Shown in pieces: positions 24,299 to 29,676 of a stretch of 29,676 bases of DNA. The notes below the pieces were generated by a model that worked only from the letters and a program-made list of their open reading frames with translations, had not been told where the DNA came from and ran no database searches. The stretch is from IMG/VR virus record IMGVR_UViG_3300050494_000042; one strand, 5' to 3'. Positions within the stretch are counted from its first letter, which is position 1. Every line of letters begins with the position of its first letter. A program made the position numbers and the translations under genes. This DNA is from a virus.

Positions 24299-24868
24299 CT
24301 AGATAATATTCGGTGAAACTATGTCTGGCAGTTCAGGCAACTTTGCAGAGAACCGACACTCGAAGTCCACCGTCGCGTAACTCCACGGTCCACCTTTGCC
24401 GTCCGTAGCGTCTCCGAATCGCCACCCCGAATCTGCCATCCGCATCGGTTCCCGTACCAGGGCGAGTTCTTCATCATCCACGGTGACAATCGGAACGTAT
24501 CCTTGCATGGATGCCGCTGCCAGGTTCACGAGCGTAGTAAGGGACAGTACATTCTCTCGGACGAGGTTGATAGACCACGTCTCCGGGTCGGAACTGTTTT
24601 GTACGTACACGGTAAGTGTGATTGCCGCGTTGTAGCCGGTCAGGGGGTTCTCGAAACCCGAGCCGTCACACACCGACTGCCACACCGGGAAGTTAACGGG
24701 TCGGATGGTGATGAACTTCTGTGCTCGGGGGGATTGGAGAAGAAACCTCTGGCTCCAAAGGGAGAGAAATGCCCTGTCCCCAAGTCCGGTCATCTGTTGC
24801 ACTCTCTTTTCGAGAATGCCCAGCATGTCCTCGGGGGTGATCGGAGTAATTCCATACGACCATGACAT
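24299..24868 (-). CDS. putative tail structural/completion protein
   Basis: 189 aa. Position and alpha/beta pattern resemble tail terminators. Confidence 0.55.
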   Translation of the reverse strand: MSWSYGITPITPEDMLGILEKRVQQMTGLGDRAFLSLWSQRFLLQSPRAQKFITIRPVNFPVWQSVCDGSGFENPLTGYNAAITLTVYVQNSSDPETWSINLVRENVLSLTTLVNLAAASMQGYVPIVTVDDEELALVREPMRMADSGWRFGDATDGKGGPWSYATVDFECRFSAKLPELPDIVSPNII

Positions 24869-24874
24869 ACAAAC

Positions 24875-25210
24875 TCACTTAATAGTGATTGCCCCAGTAC
24901 GACTGATTTCGATTCCGTTGGTCAGGACAACGGAATACACAATCGAATAACTTCCCGCAGTGCCACCACTGACCACGCCACTTATTTGGTATTCGGAATC
25001 TTTCTGCTTGTCCGTCACGGTGGGGGCTCCGGCTCCACTCGTCGTGATGTCAAACGTATCAATTGCCGTAGCGGTGGGATCGAAGTTGCCGTTGGAGTCA
25101 GTCAGAAGGTCAATGAACGCTTGAATGTCGCCCATATCCATTGGGATGCGTACCGAATCCCCTGCGGATTTGACGACCTGACCGACGGTGAGTATAGGAT
25201 TCGCTGGCAT
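24875..25210 (-). CDS. putative fiber-tail adaptor (Ig-like)
   Basis: VSGGTAG.Y…V..TNG….R…I.IK C-terminal pattern. Confidence 0.6.
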   Translation of the reverse strand: MPANPILTVGQVVKSAGDSVRIPMDMGDIQAFIDLLTDSNGNFDPTATAIDTFDITTSGAGAPTVTDKQKDSEYQISGVVSGGTAGSYSIVYSVVLTNGIEISRTGAITIK

Positions 25211-25214
25211 TCAA

Positions 25215-25307
25215 TCACTCCTGAGCAAGAAACATCGGCTGTCCTGTTTCCGCCAAGAAGCCGATGGATTCCTCCATCGCCAGGAATAATGCTACAGGAA
25301 TTTCCAT
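25215..25307 (-). CDS. possible 30-aa small protein
   Basis: MEIPVALFLAMEESIGFLAETGQPMFLAQE* after a GAGGA RBS. It fills the gap. Confidence 0.35.
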   Translation of the reverse strand: MEIPVALFLAMEESIGFLAETGQPMFLAQE

Positions 25308-25320
25308 CGAATTTCCTCAA

Positions 25321-26703
25321 TCAAGCACTTATAAGGGCGTTGCTCACCGTGCCGGGGGTGGCGGACGGAAGCAGGATACCAAGTTGTGGGGTCGATAGGA
25401 GCCTTGCAAAACCCGTTTGGAACGTTCCAAGATTCGATGCACCACCGTAGTTATTAGTCAAACTAAGATTCCATCCGTCTCCTGCAACGAATTGCGTGGC
25501 TCCACTGAACACCCGGAAGTACGGTCCTCCGGTGTACATCAAGGTCGGAGCCGCGAAGCACACGTCGTCCATCACAAACTGAGCACCCGCCAGGTCGGTG
25601 GAGATGCGGAACTGGAGTCTGACCGTGTCAGGCGGTGTGTTACTGAGCCGGAAATTCCCACTGTAGGCCACGTAGGACGTGGTCAGGGTGGAAAGCGTCA
25701 CCGTGAAGGAGTTGTTCACTCCCTGCTCGTCCTGAGTCACAACTCCTGACCCGTCAACGAGTTCTACCGTGAGTACACCAGCCGAAATGGTGCCCGACAC
25801 TTTTCGTAGCCAGAGGTTCACGCAGTACGGTGTCAGCCCTGCCGGGGAGACGGAAGTCCCCGTCGTTGCATTGCCGAATTCCTGGTAGAGGACAGTGTTC
25901 GTCGCTCCGGGATTGAACTGAACACAGTAGGTGCCGGTGTTCTGGTTCGTGCTGTTCCGCTGGATGTCGGTTCCCCAGGTGCCGACAGAAAGAGTGAAAT
26001 TGCTCAACACCGGGGTGACGGCACTCGACCAGTCCTCGAAGTCGCCGTTGGTCAAGAAGTTCCCGCTCGTACTGGCGTCTTGTGTGGAAGAGATCGCGTT
26101 AGCCTGTACGCTTGCGGCTGACCCGGTTGGCCAGTCATAATCCCATACGGAATTCGTGACGTCGGGTGATCCTGCCAGAGCGAACAGTTCCCTACCTGCT
26201 GTAGCTGTCCCGGTGTAGGCGTCCTGGGTGCATACCAGACGAAGAGTTTCCTGAATAGAGTTTTCCTGCACCAAACCATCACCTCGCCTGGTGGTGGTGA
26301 CGAGAACTCCGTTTCCGACGCTTCCCGTGAGTTGTGTGGGGATGATCGCGATGACGTTGGCTTCCACCGTGACGCCCTGAAGAATCATCTGCCGCACAAC
26401 TTCCAAGAGTGCAGCCTGAAGACTTCGTGACTGGGAGGGCTGATCGGCCCTCACCATTTGAATGACGGTGTTCTGAGCCGCCTGGGATGCGAACGCCATC
26501 ACTCCAGAAGACACTCGTGTGAGAGCGTTGGCCTGTACGGAAATCGCTCCCCCGATTGAGAGGAACGTCGTCTCGTACTGGGCATTAATGGACGCGAACG
26601 CGGCGGGAAGGGATGCAGCGTAAGGTGTTGTCAAATAAGCAACATGGAGGAGTCTGCCAATCCTCGTAAAAAGCCCCTCTGTTCCGGTGAAGGCAATCGC
26701 CAC
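25321..26703 (-). CDS. virion structural protein with a carbohydrate-binding-like (CBM4/9) domain
   Basis: NFLTNGDFEDWS…LYQ…Y.VNLW…DDV jelly-roll pattern, AGGAGG RBS. Confidence 0.75.
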   Translation of the reverse strand: MAIAFTGTEGLFTRIGRLLHVAYLTTPYAASLPAAFASINAQYETTFLSIGGAISVQANALTRVSSGVMAFASQAAQNTVIQMVRADQPSQSRSLQAALLEVVRQMILQGVTVEANVIAIIPTQLTGSVGNGVLVTTTRRGDGLVQENSIQETLRLVCTQDAYTGTATAGRELFALAGSPDVTNSVWDYDWPTGSAASVQANAISSTQDASTSGNFLTNGDFEDWSSAVTPVLSNFTLSVGTWGTDIQRNSTNQNTGTYCVQFNPGATNTVLYQEFGNATTGTSVSPAGLTPYCVNLWLRKVSGTISAGVLTVELVDGSGVVTQDEQGVNNSFTVTLSTLTTSYVAYSGNFRLSNTPPDTVRLQFRISTDLAGAQFVMDDVCFAAPTLMYTGGPYFRVFSGATQFVAGDGWNLSLTNNYGGASNLGTFQTGFARLLSTPQLGILLPSATPGTVSNALISA

Positions 26704-26748
26704 TTCGGTTTCCTCCTACCACAATCAGGTCTGCCAATCGACGTCGAT

Positions 26749-26784
26749 GTTGCAACTATTAACCCGTTGCACTGGGATGTTCTT
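26749..26784 (-). repeat. solitary CRISPR repeat unit in the structural operon
   Basis: The - strand reads AAGAACATCCCAGTGCAACGGGTTAATAGTTGCAAC, matching 22 of the last 25 nt of the array repeat. It is intergenic and sense to the late operon. Confidence 0.8.
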
Positions 26785-26789
26785 ACAAA

Positions 26790-28703
26790 TCAATGAATGT
26801 TGGGCGTAAAGAAGAAATATCCCTGATCCTGTGACGTATTCGTGGACTGTTGTTGGCTCCCACCACCGTCAGTTGGAATAGAAGACTCCTGGAATCCCTG
26901 TGGTGTCTGTGGGGGCTGTTCGGGCTGAACACCCCCAACCTGGAATGGCTGCGAACCACTCGAAACCTGAGCCTGGACAGCCCAGGTAATCAAATTCGTC
27001 CATGCACTGGCCGCGAGTCCCCCACCTTGACGAACAAGGTCATTGTAAAACGGAGCGACAGCAGGAGCAATTTGGTAATTCTGTGGGTTCAGGATGGCGT
27101 GCCAGTAATACCCCGCTCCGGAGAAGACCATGTTCTGGCCATCCGGACTCACACGGGCATCTTCCATCACCACACTTCCCCGAAGAGGAACAAGGTTGGA
27201 GTTGGGGGACTCGAACGTGGGATACACGGGTGGAGCACCAATTCGGGACATCACCCACGTTGTCATGACGGACATCATCCCACCGTGAGCTTTCACGATG
27301 GCGGACACTCCCCCCTGTGAGCCGAGTCCGGTCCCCGGCATCTGAACGTTGCCACTATCGTTGACGACGGTGGTTTCAATTTCGCAAATGGTGTAGGGGG
27401 CGGTGTCGGACAGCACTTCCGTGGAATTGGAACTGGTCGATCCAATCGTAATCGTGGAAGGCGAAGTCCCTGTACCCCCCAAAGTGATGGAGCCGCCAAT
27501 CCCTGCTAATGCTCCCCCGGTTTGAAGCATGTCGGGATTCTTCTGGAATGATGGCCCCTGAGTCGTGGTTTGCATCGACTTTTCGGTTTCGATGCAAAGA
27601 CACGGGTCCAGAAACGACGCCACCAGAAGTCCCGCAATCCTCTTCCGATCCGGAGGAGAGATGCCCGGTTGATTCGACTGGAGACCAAACGTCTGGACGC
27701 CACAAGACGGCATTACGGGAACCTGATCGTTCGCTGCTGCAAAGGCGACTTTGGGTCCGCTCAGGTTGGTCAACATGGCCGACATCGTCACGGCGATTTT
27801 GGGGACGAAGAGATCTTCATTGAATTGCCCCCACCAGATAGGAACGCTTCCTTTACCACCCAGGAACCCATCCGTGGCCAGCTTGTTGTAAGCCATTCGG
27901 ATCGCCCGATTCATCAGAGCTTTTCGATCTGTTCCCTTTGGTCCCTCCAGTTCGAGCATCACTGTGCCAATACGACGAAAACCAGGCTGCGGCGTGACGA
28001 CCACGTACGTCCCATTAGCCGTCGTGGACGGGAACGGCGGGAGTCGGTCGACTTCCTGATCCTCGAAGTGGAAGTCTACCTCTAATCCGTCCGGCGACAG
28101 AGTGTACTGCGACTTGGTACGAATGTAATCGGGCAGAAGGGGTGGAGTGCATTCGATTCGGAAGTTGTCAGCACATTGCAGGAGGGAACTCCGAACGATT
28201 AGCTTCCCGTCCGTGGTCAGGTTGGAATTCCAGTTCTGGTCGAAGGACTCGCTCTGTGTCCACCGGAGGGAGATGACCGGACTGAAGGTGGCCCCTTCGG
28301 GACATTCCGCATCACACTCCACAAGTCGGACGATGCAGCCACACTCTACCAAGAACGTACCCGTGGACACCTCCCGTACCGTGGCAGGAAGAGGATCAGG
28401 TCCGAGTTTATCGTCAATCTCACCTTCGGGAACCTGGATCATCGGTGTGGCCCCCATGATGTACAGCATGGGTCGTCGTGGAGCTTCGAGCTTCGACTTG
28501 ATCAGAGCGATTGTCTCAGCCGAAGACTTGGGTTCATTAACGCCGGGGAATGAACCTTCAGAGATGGATAAGAATCCTCTCACTCGAATGGTGTATTCCG
28601 TGTAGAGGGCGTCGGTGTAAGTTGGGTCACGAGGCATCTTCCAACTGAACTCAAGAGTTTGAGTCAATTGCAAAAATACCCCGTTGTACTGGTATGATGC
28701 CAT
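26790..28703 (-). CDS. putative distal tail/baseplate protein
   Basis: 637 aa, beta-rich, directly after the tape-measure-like gene. Confidence 0.7.
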   Translation of the reverse strand: MASYQYNGVFLQLTQTLEFSWKMPRDPTYTDALYTEYTIRVRGFLSISEGSFPGVNEPKSSAETIALIKSKLEAPRRPMLYIMGATPMIQVPEGEIDDKLGPDPLPATVREVSTGTFLVECGCIVRLVECDAECPEGATFSPVISLRWTQSESFDQNWNSNLTTDGKLIVRSSLLQCADNFRIECTPPLLPDYIRTKSQYTLSPDGLEVDFHFEDQEVDRLPPFPSTTANGTYVVVTPQPGFRRIGTVMLELEGPKGTDRKALMNRAIRMAYNKLATDGFLGGKGSVPIWWGQFNEDLFVPKIAVTMSAMLTNLSGPKVAFAAANDQVPVMPSCGVQTFGLQSNQPGISPPDRKRIAGLLVASFLDPCLCIETEKSMQTTTQGPSFQKNPDMLQTGGALAGIGGSITLGGTGTSPSTITIGSTSSNSTEVLSDTAPYTICEIETTVVNDSGNVQMPGTGLGSQGGVSAIVKAHGGMMSVMTTWVMSRIGAPPVYPTFESPNSNLVPLRGSVVMEDARVSPDGQNMVFSGAGYYWHAILNPQNYQIAPAVAPFYNDLVRQGGGLAASAWTNLITWAVQAQVSSGSQPFQVGGVQPEQPPQTPQGFQESSIPTDGGGSQQQSTNTSQDQGYFFFTPNIH

Positions 28704-28715
28704 ACGTTAGACTGA

Positions 28716-29675
28716 TCAAGGTCTTGGTAATCTTCCTACTGGGGCACCGCCACCACCAGGGGCGACAGCCCCACCTGCGGCAAATCCCGCTGCCCTGGCT
28801 GCGAGCATCAATTCCCGGAATCGCTTCTGATTCTCGATGTCGGCGTCAATGATTCCTGCCATCACGTCCGGGAGTGCAGCAGCCCTTTCATCTTCGTCTC
28901 CGAACCATCTCCGGATCATGACGTCCAGTTTCTCCGAGAAGTCCCCCAACGGCTCGATGACTCTTGCGATGAGTCCATTCCCGAGTGCCAGAAGTCGATT
29001 GGAGACGTTGTCGAGTAATGCCCCGATCTTGTCTTCTGCCTGCTTACGTCTGTCTTCGGATTGCACCAATGAACCCGCAGACGCAGCCGTGGCTTCCCCA
29101 CGCTTGACGTTACGCTGCATCTCCAGAATTTCCCGCTGAGCCAACACCCCTGCCATCGATCCGGATACGTCAGCGAACTTCTTGGCGGCTGCAAGAGACT
29201 GTTCGGTCCATCTGTCAGTGGCGTCACGGATCTTCACGAAGGCAGTAACAACCGCCATTCCCGTTTCGGCCAGTTGGGTCATGAAGTGCATCCCCTTGTT
29301 GCCGAGGACGGAAAGTCCCGTCTTGTTCACCCGCCGTTTCATCCAGGAGCCAACCTTCTGGCTCTTTTTCATCAACCACTTACCGAATGTGCTCTTGCTT
29401 AACACCGCCTGAGTAGACTGCCGTAGTGTCGTCATCCCTGCGGCTGTTCGCCTGGCTCGTCCTTCGACGCCCTGCCAGTGTTCGGGAAATGCACCTTCTA
29501 CTCGGGACGGGGTGGTCAGGACCGCTCCACCGGTTCCACCGATGAGGGCTTGATATGTCTTTCCCGTCAGTTCTCGCTGAGCTTCCTGGAGCTTGACGAG
29601 TTCGCGGAGTTCCGCAACGGCATCATCAATCGACGCCCCACCCTTCGGACGCGGATCGGGTAATACTGGAGGGGG
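28716..29675 (-). CDS. C-terminal part of a putative tape measure protein (5' end outside the window)
   Basis: The frame of the 239-aa ORF stays open to the window edge (…DDAVAELRELVKLQEAQREL…). Helical and Ala-rich. Confidence 0.6.
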   Translation of the reverse strand, partial: PPPVLPDPRPKGGASIDDAVAELRELVKLQEAQRELTGKTYQALIGGTGGAVLTTPSRVEGAFPEHWQGVEGRARRTAAGMTTLRQSTQAVLSKSTFGKWLMKKSQKVGSWMKRRVNKTGLSVLGNKGMHFMTQLAETGMAVVTAFVKIRDATDRWTEQSLAAAKKFADVSGSMAGVLAQREILEMQRNVKRGEATAASAGSLVQSEDRRKQAEDKIGALLDNVSNRLLALGNGLIARVIEPLGDFSEKLDVMIRRWFGDEDERAAALPDVMAGIIDADIENQKRFRELMLAARAAGFAAGGAVAPGGGGAPVGRLPRP

Positions 29676-29676
29676 T

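Noticed and set aside
18042-26784. Inverted repeat copies as ends of an invertible tail segment
   Set aside because: No recombinase is visible, the copies differ in the core, and the covariation includes G-U and pseudoknot pairs that point to RNA function.
3155-28605. Numerous overlapping alternative-frame or antisense ORFs (e.g. 3155-3730, 5112-5648, 6395-7072, 22035-22496, 27570-28085)
   Set aside because: These are shadows of better-supported genes and have no recognisable motifs.
1-29676. cas genes, reverse transcriptase, integrase, tRNA/rRNA, or full self-targets of the spacers
   Set aside because: None recognised by eye. Only matches of 10 nt or less to the spacers were seen.

Overview
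This window is part of a dsDNA tailed-phage (or prophage) genome. The host is probably a planctomycete (inferred from several TIGR02996-type domains and Planctomycete-style secreted proteins). Layout: (1) 1-4.8 kb, + strand early/accessory genes and an SNF2-like helicase, with an exact 71-bp repeated sigma70 promoter/leader cassette. (2) 4.9-11 kb, - strand putative lysis module: small membrane proteins, a secreted papain-like C1 peptidase, a stand-alone FixL-like PAS protein, a KTSC protein and a wHTH-HNH protein. (3) 11.2-17.6 kb, + strand operon starting with an NLTPH-family (Crn4-like) protein, then two glycosyltransferases, a methyltransferase and an RGP/UDP-sugar mutase interleaved with three TIGR02996 paralogs. 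(4) 17.65-18.08 kb, a cas-less CRISPR mini-array with leader and promoter. (5) 18-29.7 kb, - strand tail/structural genes. The most notable signal is a 36-nt CRISPR-like repeat that folds as a pseudoknot resembling type V-M (Cas12m) repeats. It occurs in the mini-array and as two diverged solitary copies (18042-18077 +, 26749-26784 -), whose core substitutions preserve both helices.
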